A DNA stretch of 64,000 nucleotides from Auanema rhodensis (taxonomy: Eukaryota; Animalia; Nematoda), in the NCBI GenBank assembly GCA_964057225.1, contig OZ059898.1, forward strand, positions 3,162,001-3,226,000, read 5' to 3'. The notes below the pieces were generated by a model. The model did no database searches and was not told where the DNA came from. It was given only the letters and a program-made list of their open reading frames with translations. The position numbers were made by a program, and so were the translations under genes. Shown piece after piece: positions 40,001 through 55,805 of the stretch; the stretch's first letter is position 1, and each line of letters opens with the position of its first letter.

Positions 40001-41414
40001 AATGTTGTATAGTGCATTCGATCCGGATTTTTAAGCTGCGTCGATCTGTGTTATCAGATTTGCGCTAGCTTAAAAATGCACCGAGATATCAACTGATATA
40101 AGTTCACACTTATATCCTCGATTTTCACCCTGAAGAATTAATTTGTTCGTTGAATAACATCGTCCATCGTCTTTGCCTTGAGAAATGGAATCTAAAAACA
40201 TCTACTTTTTGCTAAATTATTCTGAAATTTTTCGAAAAAATTTTTGTCAAAATGTTTTTGGAAGCAATGTTGAGTGTACATGGAAACTCAACATACACTA
40301 ATGCATCATTTTTCAAACGATCATAACTAATTTTTGTATTAAGCTTTTCTCAATGTAGTATAGTGCATTCGATGCGGATTTTTAAGCTGCGTCGATCTGT
40401 GTTATCAGATTTGCGCTAGCTTAAAAATGCACCGAGATATCAACTGATATAAGTTCACACTTATATCCTCGATTTTCACCCTGAAGAATTAATTTTTTCG
40501 TTGAATAACATTGTCTATCGTCTTTGCCTTGAAAAATGGAATCTAAAAACATCTACTTTTTGCTAAATTATTCTGAAATTTTTCGAAAAAATTTTTGTCA
40601 AAATGTTTTTGGAAGCAATGTTGAGTGTACATGGAAACTCAACATACACTAATGCATCATTTTTCAAACGATCATAACTAATTTTTGTATCAAGCGTTTC
40701 TTAATGTTGTATAGTGCATTCGATCCGGATTTTTAAGCTGCGTCGATCTGTGTTATCAGATTTGCGCTAGCTTAAAAATGCACAGAGATATCAACTGATA
40801 TAAGTTCACACTTATATCCTCGATTTTCACCCTGAAGAAATAATTTTTTCGTTGAATAACATCGTCCATCGTCTTTGCCTTGAAAAAAGGAATCTAAAAA
40901 CATCTACTTTTTGCTAAATTATTCTGAAATTTTTCGAAAAAATTTTTGTCAAAATGTTTTTGGAAGCAATGTTGAGTGTACATGGAAACTCAACATACAC
41001 TAATGCATCATTTTTCAAACGATCATAACTAATTTTTGTATCAAGCGTTTTTCAATGTAGTATAGTGCATTCGATGCGGATTTTTAAGCTGCGTCGATCT
41101 GTGTTATCAGATTTGCGCTAGCTTAAAAATGCACCGAGATATCAACTGATACAAGTTCACACTTATATCTTCGATTTTCACCCTGAAGAAATAATTTTTT
41201 CGTTGAATAACATTGTCCATCGTCTTTGCTTTGAAAGAAGGATTCTAAAAACATCTACTTTTTGCTAAATTATTTTGAAATTTTTCGAAAAAATTTTTGT
41301 CAAAATGTTTTTGGAAGCAATGTTGAGTGTACATGGAAACTCAACATACACTAATGCATCATTTTTCAAACGATCATAACTAATTTTTGTATCAAGCGTT
41401 TCTTAATGTTGTAT

Positions 41415-44400
41415 AGTGCATTCGATCCGGATTTTTAAGCTGCGTCGATCTGTGTTATCAGATTTGCGCTAGCTTAAAAATGCACCGAGATATCAACTGA
41501 TATAAGTTCACACTTATATCCTCGATTTTCACCCTGAAGAAATAATTTTTTCGTTGAATAACATCGTCCATCGTCTTTGCCTTGAAAAAAGGAATCTAAA
41601 AACATCTACTTTTTGCTAAATTATTTTGAAATTTTTCGAAAAAATTTTTGTCAAAATGTTTTTGGAAGCAATGTTGAGTGTACATGGAAACTCAACATAC
41701 ACTAATGCATCATTTTTCAAACGATCATAACTAATTTTTGTATTAAGCTTTTCTCAATGTAGTATAGTGCATTCGATGCGGATTTTTAAGCTGCGTCGAT
41801 CTGTGTTATCAGATTTGCGCTAGCTTAAAAATGCACCGAGATATCAACTGATATAAGTTCACACTTATATCCTCGATTTTCACCCTGAAGAATTAATTTT
41901 TTCGTTGAATAACATTGTCTATCGTCTTTGCCTTGAAAAATGGAATCTAAAAACATCTACTTTTTGCTAAATTATTTTGAAATTTTTCGAAAAAATTTTT
42001 GTCAAAATGTTTTTGGAAGCAATGTTGAGTGTACATGGAAACTCAACATACACTAATGCATCATTTTTCAAACGATCATAACTAATTTTTGTATCAAGCG
42101 TTTTTCAATGTAGTATAGTGCATTCGATGCGGATTTTTAAGCTGCGTCGATCTGTGTTATCAGATTTGCGCTAGCTTAAAAATGCACCGAGATATCAACT
42201 GATACAAGTTCACACTTATATCCTCGATTTTCACCCTGAAGAATTAATTTTCTCGTTGAATAACATTGTCCATCGTCTTTGCCTTGAAAAAAGGAATCTA
42301 AAAACATCTACTTTTTGCTAAATTATTTTGAAATTTTCCGAAAAAATTTTTGTCAAAATGTTTTTGGAAGCAATGTTGAGTGTACATGGAAACTCAACAT
42401 ACACTAATGCATCATTTTTCAAACGATCATAACTAATTTTTGTATCAAGCGTTTTTCAATGTAGTATAGTGCATTCGATGCGGATTTTTAAGCTGCGTCG
42501 ATCTGTGTTATCAGATTTGCGCTAGCTTAAAAATGCACCGAGATATCAACTGATACAAGTTCACACTTATATCTTCGATTTTCACCCTGAAGAAATAATT
42601 TTTTCGTTGAATAACATTGTCCATCGTCTTTGCTTTGAAAAAAGGATTCTAAAAACATCTACTTTTTGCTAAATTATTTTGAAATTTTTCGAAAAAATTT
42701 TTGTCAAAATGTTTTTGGAAGCAATGTTGAGTGTACATGGAAACTCAACATACACTAATGCATCATTTTTCAAACGATCATAACTAATTTTTGTATCAAG
42801 CGTTTCTTAATGTTGTATAGTGCATTCGATCCGGATTTTTAAGCTGCGTCGATCTGTGTTATCAGATTTGCGCTAGCTTAAAAATGCACCGAGATATCAA
42901 CTGATATAAGTTCACACTTATATCCTCGATTTTCACCCTGAAGAAATAATTTTTTCGTTGAATAACATCGTCCATCGTCTTTGCCTTGAAAAAAGGAATC
43001 TAAAAACATCTACTTTTTGCTAAATTATTTTGAAATTTTTCGAAAAAATTTTTGTCAAAATGTTTTTGGAAGCAATGTTGAGTGTACATGGAAACTCAAC
43101 ATACACTAATGCATCATTTTTCAAACGATCATAACTAATTTTTGTATTAAGCTTTTCTCAATGTAGTATAGTGCATTCGATGCGGATTTTTAAGCTGCGT
43201 CGATCTGTGTTATCAGATTTGCGCTAGCTTAAAAATGCACCGAGATATCAACTGATATAAGTTCACACTTATATCCTCGATTTTCACCCTGAAGAATTAA
43301 TTTTTTCGTTGAATAACATTGTCTATCGTCTTTGCCTTGAAAAATCGAATCTAAAAACATCTACTTTTCGCTAAATTATTTTGAAATTTTTCGAAAAAAT
43401 TTTTGTCAAAATGTTTTTGGAAGCAATGTTGAGTGTACATGGAAACTCAACATACACTAATGCATCATTTTTCAAACGATCATAACTAATTTTTGTATCA
43501 AGCGTTTTTCAATGTAGTATAGTGCATTCGATCCGGATTTTTAAGCTGCGTCGATCTTTGTTATCAGATTTGCGCTAGCTTAAAAATGCACCGAGATATC
43601 AACTGATATAAGTTCACACTTATATCCTCGATTTTCACCCTGAAGAAATAATTTTTTCGTTGAATAACATCGTCCATCGTCTTTGCCTTGAAAAAAGGAA
43701 TCTAAAAACATCTACTTTTTGCTAAATTATTCTGAAATTTTTCGAAAAAATTTTTGTCAAAATGTTTTTGGAAGCAATGTTGAGTGTACATGGAAACTCA
43801 ACATACACTAATGCATCATTTTTCAAACGATCATAACTAATTTTTGTATCAAGCGTTTCTTAATGTTGTATAGTGCATTCGATCCGGATTTTTAAGCTGC
43901 GTCGATCTGTGTTATCAGATTTGCGCTAGCTTAAAAATGCACCGAGATATCAACTGATATAAGTTCACACTTATATCCTCGATTTTCACCCTGAAGAAAT
44001 AATTTTTTCGTTGAATAACATCGTCCATCGTCTTTGCCTTGAAAAAAGGAATCTAAAAACATCTACTTTTTGCTAAATTATTTTGAAATTTTTCGAAAAA
44101 ATTTTTGTCAAAATGTTTTTGGAAGCAATGTTGAGTGTACATGGAAACTCAACATACACTAATGCATCATTTTTCAAACGATCATAACTAATTTTTGTAT
44201 TAAGCTTTTCTCAATGTAGTATAGTGCATTCGATGCGGATTTTTAAGCTGCGTCGATCTGTGTTATCAGATTTGCGCTAGCTTAAAAATGCACCGAGATA
44301 TCAACTGATATAAGTTCACACTTATATCCTCGATTTTCACCCTGAAGAATTAATTTTTTCGTTGAATAACATTGTCTATCGTCTTTGCCTTGAAAAATGG

Positions 44401-46328
44401 AATCTAAAAACATCTACTTTTTGCTAAATTATTTTGAAATTTTTCGAAAAAATTTTTGTCAAAATGTTTTTGGAAGCAATGTTGAGTGTACATGGAAACT
44501 CAACATACACTAATGCATCATTTTTCAAACGATCATAACTAATTTTTGTATCAAGCGTTTTTCAATGTAGTATAGTGCATTCGATGCGGATTTTTAAGCT
44601 GCGTCGATCTGTGTTATCAGATTTGCGCTAGCTTAAAAATGCACCGAGATATCAACTGATACAAGTTCACACTTATATCCTCGATTTTCACCCTGAAGAA
44701 TTAATTTTCTCGTTGAATAACATTGTCCATCGTCTTTGCCTTGAAAAAAGGAATCTAAAAACATCTACTTTTTGCTAAATTATTTTGAAATTTTCCGAAA
44801 AAATTTTTGTCAAAATGTTTTTGGAAGCAATGTTGAGTGTACATGGAAACTCAACATACACTAATGCATCATTTTTCAAACGATCATAACTAATTTTTGT
44901 ATCAAGCGTTTTTCAATGTAGTATAGTGCATTCGATGCGGATTTTTAAGCTGCGTCGATCTGTGTTATCAGATTTGCGCTAGCTTAAAAATGCACCGAGA
45001 TATCAACTGATACAAGTTCACACTTATATCTTCGATTTTCACCCTGAAGAAATAATTTTTTCGTTGAATAACATTGTCCATCGTCTTTGCTTTGAAAAAA
45101 GGATTCTAAAAACATCTACTTTTTGCTAAATTATTTTGAAATTTTTCGAAAAAATTTTTGTCAAAATGTTTTTGGAAGCAATGTTGAGTGTACATGGAAA
45201 CTCAACATACACTAATGCATCATTTTTCAAACGATCATAACTAATTTTTGTATCAAGCGTTTCTTAATGTTGTATAGTGCATTCGATCCGGATTTTTAAG
45301 CTGCGTCGATCTGTGTTATCAGATTTGCGCTAGCTTAAAAATGCACCGAGATATCAACTGATATAAGTTCACACTTATATCCTCGATTTTCACCCTGAAG
45401 AAATAATTTTTTCGTTGAATAACATCGTCCATCGTCTTTGCCTTGAAAAAAGGAATCTAAAAACATCTACTTTTTGCTAAATTATTTTGAAATTTTTCGA
45501 AAAAATTTTTGTCAAAATGTTTTTGGAAGCAATGTTGAGTGTACATGGAAACTCAACATACACTAATGCATCATTTTTCAAACGATCATAACTAATTTTT
45601 GTATTAAGCTTTTCTCAATGTAGTATAGTGCATTCGATGCGGATTTTTAAGCTGCGTCGATCTGTGTTATCAGATTTGCGCTAGCTTAAAAATGCACCGA
45701 GATATCAACTGATATAAGTTCACACTTATATCCTCGATTTTCACCCTGAAGAATTAATTTTTTCGTTGAATAACATTGTCTATCGTCTTTGCCTTGAAAA
45801 ATCGAATCTAAAAACATCTACTTTTCGCTAAATTATTTTGAAATTTTTCGAAAAAATTTTTGTCAAAATGTTTTTGGAAGCAATGTTGAGTGTACATGGA
45901 AACTCAACATACACTAATGCATCATTTTTCAAACGATCATAACTAATTTTTGTATCAAGCGTTTTTCAATGTAGTATAGTGCATTCGATCCGGATTTTTA
46001 AGCTGCGTCGATCTTTGTTATCAGATTTGCGCTAGCTTAAAAATGCACCGAGATATCAACTGATATAAGTTCACACTTATATCCTCGATTTTCACCCTGA
46101 AGAAATAATTTTTTCGTTGAATAACATCGTCCATCGTCTTTGCCTTGAAAAAAGGAATCTAAAAACATCTACTTTTTGCTAAATTATTCTGAAATTTTTC
46201 GAAAAAATTTTTGTCAAAATGTTTTTGGAAGCAATGTTGAGTGTACATGGAAACTCAACATACACTAATGCATCATTTTTCAAACGATCATAACTAATTT
46301 TTGTATCAAGCGTTTCTTAATGTTGTAT
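41415..46328. repeat. Tandem 7-monomer (2457-bp) higher-order duplication, 2 copies
   Basis: Monomer haplotypes in 41415-43871 match 43872-46328 one for one. The rare ATCTTTG marker is at 43558 and 46015 (difference 2457). Confidence 0.85.
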
Positions 46329-47030
46329 AGTGCATTCGATCCGGATTTTTAAGCTGCGTCGATCTGTGTTATCAGATTTGCGCTAGCTTAAAAATGCACC
46401 GAGATATCAACTGATATAAGTTCACACTTATATCCTCGATTTTCACCCTGAAGAAATAATTTTTTCGTTGAATAACATCGTCCATCGTCTTTGCCTTGAA
46501 AAAAGGAATCTAAAAACATCTACTTTTTGCTAAATTATTTTGAAATTTTTCGAAAAAATTTTTGTCAAAATGTTTTTGGAAGCAATGTTGAGTGTACATG
46601 GAAACTCAACATACACTAATGCATCATTTTTCAAACGATCATAACTAATTTTTGTATCAAGCGTTTTTCAATGTAGTATAGTGCATTCGATGCGGATTTT
46701 TAAGCTGCGTCGATCTGTGTTATCAGATTTGCGCTAGCTTAAAAATGCACCGAGATATCAACTGATACAAGTTCACACTTATATCTTCGATTTTCACCCT
46801 GAAGAAATAATTTTTTCGTTGAATAACATTGTCCATCGTCTTTGCTTTGAAAAAAGGATTCTAAAAACATCTACTTTTTGCTAAATTATTTTGAAATTTT
46901 TCGAAAAAATTTTTGTCAAAATGTTTTTGGAAGCAATGTTGAGTGTACATGGAAACTCAACATACACTAATGCATCATTTTTCAAACGATCATAACTAAT
47001 TTTTGTATCAAGCGTTTCTTAATGTTGTAT

Positions 47031-50000
47031 AGTGCATTCGATCCGGATTTTTAAGCTGCGTCGATCTGTGTTATCAGATTTGCGCTAGCTTAAAAATGCA
47101 CCGAGATATCAACTGATATAAGTTCACACTTATATCCTCGATTTTCACCCTGAAGAAATAATTTTTTCGTTGAATAACATCGTCCATCGTCTTTGCCTTG
47201 AAAAAAGGAATCTAAAAACATCTACTTTCTGCTAAATTATTTTGAAATTTTTCGAAAAAATTTTTGTCAAAATGTTTTTGGAAGCAATGTTGAGTGTACA
47301 TGGAAACTCAACATACACTAATGCATCATTTTTCAAACGATCATAACTAATTTTTGTATCAAGCGTTTTTCAATGTAGTATAGTGCATTCGATGCGGATT
47401 TTTAAGCTGCGTCGATCTGTGTTATCAGATTTGCGCTAGCTTAAAAATGCACCGAGATATCAACTGATACAAGTTCACACTTATATCTTCGATTTTCACC
47501 CTGAAGAAATAATTTTTTCGTTGAATAACATTGTCCATCGTCTTTGCTTTGAAAAAAGGATTCTAAAAACATCTACTTTTTGCTAAATTATTTTGAAATT
47601 TTTCGAAAAAATTTTTGTCAAAATGTTTTTGGAAGCAATGTTGAGTGTACATGGAAACTCAACATACACTAATGCATCATTTTTCAAACGATCATAACTA
47701 ATTTTTGTATCAAGCGTTTCTTAATGTTGTATAGTGCATTCGATCCGGATTTTTAAGCTGCGTCGATCTGTGTTATCAGATTTGCGCTAGCTTAAAAATG
47801 CACCGAGATATCAACTGATATAAGTTCACACTTATATCCTCGATTTTCACCCTGAAGAAATAATTTTTTCGTTGAATAACATCGTCCATCGTCTTTGCCT
47901 TGAAAAAAGGAATCTAAAAACATCTACTTTTTGCTAAATTATTCTGAAATTTTTCGAAAAAATTTTTGTCAAAATGTTTTTGGAAGCAATGTTGAGTGTA
48001 CATGGAAACTCAACATACACTAATGCATCATTTTTCAAACGATCATAACTAATTTTTGTATCAAGCGTTTCTTAATGTTGTATAGTGCATTCGATCCGGA
48101 TTTTTAAGCTGCGTCGATCTGTGTTATCAGATTTGCGCTAGCTTAAAAATGCACCGAGATATCAACTGATATAAGTTCACACTTATATCCTCGATTTTCA
48201 CCCTGAAGAAATAATTTTTTCGTTGAATAACATCGTCCATCGTCTTTGCCTTGAAAAAAGGAATCTAAAAACATCTACTTTTTGCTAAATTATTTTGAAA
48301 TTTTTCGAAAAAATTTTTGTCAAAATGTTTTTGGAAGCAATGTTGAGTGTACATGGAAACTCAACATACACTAATGCATCATTTTTCAAACGATCATAAC
48401 TAATTTTTGTATCAAGCGTTTTTCAATGTAGTATAGTGCATTCGATGCGGATTTTTAAGCTGCGTCGATCTGTGTTATCAGATTTGCGCTAGCTTAAAAA
48501 TGCACCGAGATATCAACTGATACAAGTTCACACTTATATCTTCGATTTTCACCCTGAAGAAATAATTTTTTCGTTGAATAACATTGTCCATCGTCTTTGC
48601 TTTGAAAAAAGGATTCTAAAAACATCTACTTTTTGCTAAATTATTTTGAAATTTTTCGAAAAAATTTTTGTCAAAATGTTTTTGGAAGCAATGTTGAGTG
48701 TACATGGAAACTCAACATACACTAATGCATCATTTTTCAAACGATCATAACTAATTTTTGTATCAAGCGTTTCTTAATGTTGTATAGTGCATTCGATCCG
48801 GATTTTTAAGCTGCGTCGATCTGTGTTATCAGATTTGCGCTAGCTTAAAAATGCACCGAGATATCAACTGATATAAGTTCACACTTATATCCTCGATTTT
48901 CACCCTGAAGAAATAATTTTTTCGTTGAATAACATCGTCCATCGTCTTTGCCTTGAAAAAAGGAATCTAAAAACATCTACTTTCTGCTAAATTATTTTGA
49001 AATTTTTCGAAAAAATTTTTGTCAAAATGTTTTTGGAAGCAATGTTGAGTGTACATGGAAACTCAACATACACTAATGCATCATTTTTCAAACGATCATA
49101 ACTAATTTTTGTATTAAGCGTTTCTCAATGTAGTAAAGTGCATTCGATGCGGATTTTTAAGCTGCGTCGATCTGTGTTATCAGATTTGCGCTAGCTTAAA
49201 AATGCACCGAGATATCAACTGATATAAGTTCACACTTATATCCTCGATTTTCACCCTGAAGAATTAATTTGTTCGTTGAATAACATTGTCTATCGTCTTT
49301 GCCTTGAGAAATGGAATCTAAAAACATCTACTTTTTGCTAAATTATTTTGAAATTTTTCGAAAAAATTTTTGTCAAAATGTTTTTGGAAGCAATGTTGAG
49401 TGTACATGGAAACTCAACATACACTAATGCATCATTTTTCAAACGATCATAACTAATTTTTGTATCAAGCGTTTCTTAATGTTGTATAGTGCATTCGATC
49501 CGGATTTTTAAGCTGCGTCGATCTGTGTTATCAGATTTGCGCTAGCTTAAAAATGCACCGAGATATCAACTGATATAAGTTCACACTTATATCCTCGATT
49601 TTCACCCTGAAGAAATAATTTTTTCGTTGAATAACATCGTCCATCGTCTTTGCCTTGAAAAAAGGAATCTAAAAACATCTACTTTCTGCTAAATTATTTT
49701 GAAATTTTTCGAAAAAATTTTTGTCAAAATGTTTTTGGAAGCAATGTTGAGTGTACATGGAAACTCAACATACACTAATGCATCATTTTTCAAACGATCA
49801 TAACTAATTTTTGTATCAAGCGTTTTTCAATGTAGTATAGTGCATTCGATGCGGATTTTTAAGCTGCGTCGATCTGTGTTATCAGATTTGCGCTAGCTTA
49901 AAAATGCACCGAGATATCAACTGATACAAGTTCACACTTATATCTTCGATTTTCACCCTGAAGAAATAATTTTTTCGTTGAATAACATTGTCCATCGTCT

Positions 50001-51800
50001 TTGCTTTGAAAAAAGGATTCTAAAAACATCTACTTTTTGCTAAATTATTTTGAAATTTTTCGAAAAAATTTTTGTCAAAATGTTTTTGGAAGCAATGTTG
50101 AGTGTACATGGAAACTCAACATACACTAATGCATCATTTTTCAAACGATCATAACTAATTTTTGTATCAAGCGTTTCTTAATGTTGTATAGTGCATTCGA
50201 TCCGGATTTTTAAGCTGCGTCGATCTGTGTTATCAGATTTGCGCTAGCTTAAAAATGCACCGAGATATCAACTGATATAAGTTCACACTTATATCCTCGA
50301 TTTTCACCCTGAAGAAATAATTTTTTCGTTGAATAACATCGTCCATCGTCTTTGCCTTGAAAAAAGGAATCTAAAAACATCTACTTTTTGCTAAATTATT
50401 CTGAAATTTTTCGAAAAAATTTTTGTCAAAATGTTTTTGGAAGCAATGTTGAGTGTACATGGAAACTCAACATACACTAATGCATCATTTTTCAAACGAT
50501 CATAACTAATTTTTGTATCAAGCGTTTCTTAATGTTGTATAGTGCATTCGATCCGGATTTTTAAGCTGCGTCGATCTGTGTTATCAGATTTGCGCTAGCT
50601 TAAAAATGCACCGAGATATCAACTGATATAAGTTCACACTTATATCCTCGATTTTCACCCTGAAGAAATAATTTTTTCGTTGAATAACATCGTCCATCGT
50701 CTTTGCCTTGAAAAAAGGAATCTAAAAACATCTACTTTTTGCTAAATTATTTTGAAATTTTTCGAAAAAATTTTTGTCAAAATGTTTTTGGAAGCAATGT
50801 TGAGTGTACATGGAAACTCAACATACACTAATGCATCATTTTTCAAACGATCATAACTAATTTTTGTATCAAGCGTTTTTCAATGTAGTATAGTGCATTC
50901 GATGCGGATTTTTAAGCTGCGTCGATCTGTGTTATCAGATTTGCGCTAGCTTAAAAATGCACCGAGATATCAACTGATACAAGTTCACACTTATATCTTC
51001 GATTTTCACCCTGAAGAAATAATTTTTTCGTTGAATAACATTGTCCATCGTCTTTGCTTTGAAAAAAGGATTCTAAAAACATCTACTTTTTGCTAAATTA
51101 TTTTGAAATTTTTCGAAAAAATTTTTGTCAAAATGTTTTTGGAAGCAATGTTGAGTGTACATGGAAACTCAACATACACTAATGCATCATTTTTCAAACG
51201 ATCATAACTAATTTTTGTATCAAGCGTTTCTTAATGTTGTATAGTGCATTCGATCCGGATTTTTAAGCTGCGTCGATCTGTGTTATCAGATTTGCGCTAG
51301 CTTAAAAATGCACCGAGATATCAACTGATATAAGTTCACACTTATATCCTCGATTTTCACCCTGAAGAAATAATTTTTTCGTTGAATAACATCGTCCATC
51401 GTCTTTGCCTTGAAAAAAGGAATCTAAAAACATCTACTTTCTGCTAAATTATTTTGAAATTTTTCGAAAAAATTTTTGTCAAAATGTTTTTGGAAGCAAT
51501 GTTGAGTGTACATGGAAACTCAACATACACTAATGCATCATTTTTCAAACGATCATAACTAATTTTTGTATTAAGCGTTTCTCAATGTAGTAAAGTGCAT
51601 TCGATGCGGATTTTTAAGCTGCGTCGATCTGTGTTATCAGATTTGCGCTAGCTTAAAAATGCACCGAGATATCAACTGATATAAGTTCACACTTATATCC
51701 TCGATTTTCACCCTGAAGAATTAATTTGTTCGTTGAATAACATTGTCTATCGTCTTTGCCTTGAGAAATGGAATCTAAAAACATCTACTTTTTGCTAAAT
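47031..51800. repeat. Second tandem 7-monomer duplication
   Basis: The haplotype series starting at 47031 recurs from 49488. The GTAAAG/TTTGTTCG monomer starts at 49137 and 51594 (difference 2457). Confidence 0.8.
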
Positions 51801-54800
51801 TATTCTGAAATTTTTCGAAAAAATTTTTGTCAAAATGTTTTTGGAAGCAATGTTGAGTGTACATGGAAACTCAACATACACTAATGCATCATTTTTCAAA
51901 CGATCATAACTAATTTTTGTATTAAGCGTTTTTCAATGTAGTATAGTGCATTCGATGCGGATTTTTAAGCTGCGTCGATCTGTGTTATCAGATTTGCGCT
52001 AGCTTAAAAATGCACCGAGATATCAACTGATATAAGTTCACACTTATATCCTCGATTTTCACCCTGAAGAATCAATTTTTTCGTTGAATAACATTGTCTA
52101 TCGTCTTTGCCTTGAAAAATGGAATCTAAAAACATCTACTTTTTGCTAAATTATTTTGAAATTTTCCGAAAAAATTTTTGTCAAAATGTTTTTGGAAGCA
52201 ATGTTGAGTGTACATGGAAACTCAACATACACTAATGCATCATTTTTCAAACGATCATAACTAATTTTTGTATCAAGCGTTTTTCAATGTAGTATAGTGC
52301 ATTCGATGCGGATTTTTAAGCTGCGTCGATCTGTGTTATCAGATTTGCGCTAGCTTAAAAATGCACCGAGATATCAACTGATACAAGTTCACACTTATAT
52401 CTTCGATTTTCACCCTGAAGAAATAATTTTTTCGTTGAATAACATTGTCCATCGTCTTTGCTTTGAAAAAAGGATTCTAAAAACATCTACTTTTTGCTAA
52501 ATTATTTTGAAATTTTTCGAAAAAATTTTTGTCAAAATGTTTTTGGAAGCAATGTTGAGTGTACATGGAAACTCAACATACACTAATGCATCATTTTTCA
52601 AACGATCATAACTAATTTTTGTATCAAGCGTTTCTTAATGTTGTATAGTGCATTCGATCCGGATTTTTAAGCTGCGTCGATCTGTGTTATCAGATTTGCG
52701 CTAGCTTAAAAATGCACCGAGATATCAACTGATATAAGTTCACACTTATATCCTCGATTTTCACCCTGAAGAAATAATTTTTTCGTTGAATAACATCGTC
52801 CATCGTCTTTGCCTTGAAAAAAGGAATCTAAAAACATCTACTTTTTGCTAAATTATTTTGAAATTTTTCGAAAAAATTTTTGTCAAAATGTTTTTGGAAG
52901 CAATGTTGAGTGTACATGGAAACTCAACATACACTAATGCATCATTTTTCAAACGATCATAACTAATTTTTGTATTAAGCTTTTCTCAATGTAGTATAGT
53001 GCATTCGATGCGGATTTTTAAGCTGCGTCGATCTGTGTTATCAGATTTGCGCTAGCTTAAAAATGCACCGAGATATCAACTGATATAAGTTCACACTTAT
53101 ATCCTCGATTTTCACCCTGAAGAATTAATTTTTTCGTTGAATAACATTGTCTATCGTCTTTGCCTTGAAAAATGGAATCTAAAAACATCTACTTTTTGCT
53201 AAATTATTCTGAAATTTTTCGAAAAAATTTTTGTCAAAATGTTTTTGGAAGCAATGTTGAGTGTACATGGAAACTCAACATACACTAATGCATCATTTTT
53301 CAAACGATCATAACTAATTTTTGTATCAAGCGTTTCTTAATGTTGTATAGTGCATTCGATCCGGATTTTTAAGCTGCGTCGATCTGTGTTATCAGATTTG
53401 CGCTAGCTTAAAAATGCACCGAGATATCAACTGATATAAGTTCACACTTATATCCTCGATTTTCACCCTGAAGAAATAATTTTTTCGTTGAATAACATCG
53501 TCCATCGTCTTTGCCTTGAAAAAAGGAATCTAAAAACATCTACTTTTTGCTAAATTATTCTGAAATTTTTCGAAAAAATTTTTGTCAAAATGTTTTTGGA
53601 AGCAATGTTGAGTGTACATGGAAACTCAACATACACTAATGCATCATTTTTCAAACGATCATAACTAATTTTTGTATCAAGCGTTTCTTAATGTTGTATA
53701 GTGCATTCGATCCGGATTTTTAAGCTGCGTCGATCTGTGTTATCAGATTTGCGCTAGCTTAAAAATGCACCGAGATATCAACTGATATAAGTTCACACTT
53801 ATATCCTCGATTTTCACCCTGAAGAAATAATTTTTTCGTTGAATAACATCGTCCATCGTCTTTGCCTTGAAAAAAGGAATCTAAAAACATCTACTTTTTG
53901 CTAAATTATTTTGAAATTTTTCGAAAAAATTTTTGTCAAAATGTTTTTGGAAGCAATGTTGAGTGTACATGGAAACTCAACATACACTAATGCATCATTT
54001 TTCAAACGATCATAACTAATTTTTGTATCAAGCGTTTTTCAATGTAGTATAGTGCATTCGATGCGGATTTTTAAGCTGCGTCGATCTGTGTTATCAGATT
54101 TGCGCTAGCTTAAAAATGCACCGAGATATCAACTGATACAAGTTCACACTTATATCTTCGATTTTCACCCTGAAGAAATAATTTTTTCGTTGAATAACAT
54201 TGTCCATCGTCTTTGCTTTGAAAAAAGGATTCTAAAAACATCTACTTTTTGCTAAATTATTTTGAAATTTTTCGAAAAAATTTTTGTCAAAATGTTTTTG
54301 GAAGCAATGTTGAGTGTACATGGAAACTCAACATACACTAATGCATCATTTTTCAAACGATCATAACTAATTTTTGTATCAAGCGTTTCTTAATGTTGTA
54401 TAGTGCATTCGATCCGGATTTTTAAGCTGCGTCGATCTGTGTTATCAGATTTGCGCTAGCTTAAAAATGCACCGAGATATCAACTGATATAAGTTCACAC
54501 TTATATCCTCGATTTTCACCCTGAAGAAATAATTTTTTCGTTGAATAACATCGTCCATCGTCTTTGCCTTGAAAAAAGGAATCTAAAAACATCTACTTTT
54601 TGCTAAATTATTTTGAAATTTTTCGAAAAAATTTTTGTCAAAATGTTTTTGGAAGCAATGTTGAGTGTACATGGAAACTCAACATACACTAATGCATCAT
54701 TTTTCAAACGATCATAACTAATTTTTGTATTAAGCTTTTCTCAATGTAGTATAGTGCATTCGATGCGGATTTTTAAGCTGCGTCGATCTGTGTTATCAGA

Positions 54801-55805
54801 TTTGCGCTAGCTTAAAAATGCACCGAGATATCAACTGATATAAGTTCACACTTATATCCTCGATTTTCACCCTGAAGAATTAATTTTTTCGTTGAATAAC
54901 ATTGTCTATCGTCTTTGCCTTGAAAAATGGAATCTAAAAACATCTACTTTTTGCTAAATTATTCTGAAATTTTTCGAAAAAATTTTTGTCAAAATGTTTT
55001 TGGAAGCAATGTTGAGTGTACATGGAAACTCAACATACACTAATGCATCATTTTTCAAACGATCATAACTAATTTTTGTATTAAGCTTTTCTCAATGTAG
55101 TATAGTGCATTCGATGCGGATTTTTAAGCTGCGTCGATCTGTGTTATCAGATTTGCGCTAGCTTAAAAATGCACCGAGATATCAACTGATATAAGTTCAC
55201 ACTTATATCCTCGATTTTCACCCTGAAGAATTAATTTTTTCGTTGAATAACATTGTCTATCGTCTTTGCCTTGAAAAATGGAATCTAAAAACATCTACTT
55301 TTTGCTAAATTATTCTGAAATTTTTCGAAAAAATTTTTGTCAAAATGTTTTTGGAAGCAATGTTGAGTGTACATGGAAACTCAACATACACTAATGCATC
55401 ATTTTTCAAACGATCATAACTAATTTTTGTATCAAGCGTTTCTTAATGTTGTATAGTGCATTCGATCCGGATTTTTAAGCTGCGTCGATCTGTGTTATCA
55501 GATTTGCGCTAGCTTAAAAATGCACAGAGATATCAACTGATATAAGTTCACACTTATATCCTCGATTTTCACCCTGAAGAAATAATTTTTTCGTTGAATA
55601 ACATCGTCCATCGTCTTTGCCTTGAAAAAAGGAATCTAAAAACATCTACTTTTTGCTAAATTATTCTGAAATTTTTCGAAAAAATTTTTGTCAAAATGTT
55701 TTTGGAAGCAATGTTGAGTGTACATGGAAACTCAACATACACTAATGCATCATTTTTCAAACGATCATAACTAATTTTTGTATCAAGCGTTTTTCAATGT
55801 AGTAA

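Larger units (their letters stand above)
25269..55805. repeat. Satellite variant domain D: homogeneous core built from a few monomer types
   Basis: Dominated by the GATACA/ATCTTCG/GCTTTG/GGATTCT type, the TCTTAATGTTGTA-ATCCGG-CATCG type and the GTAAAG-TTTGTTCG-GAGAAATGG type. No indels seen. Confidence 0.8.
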
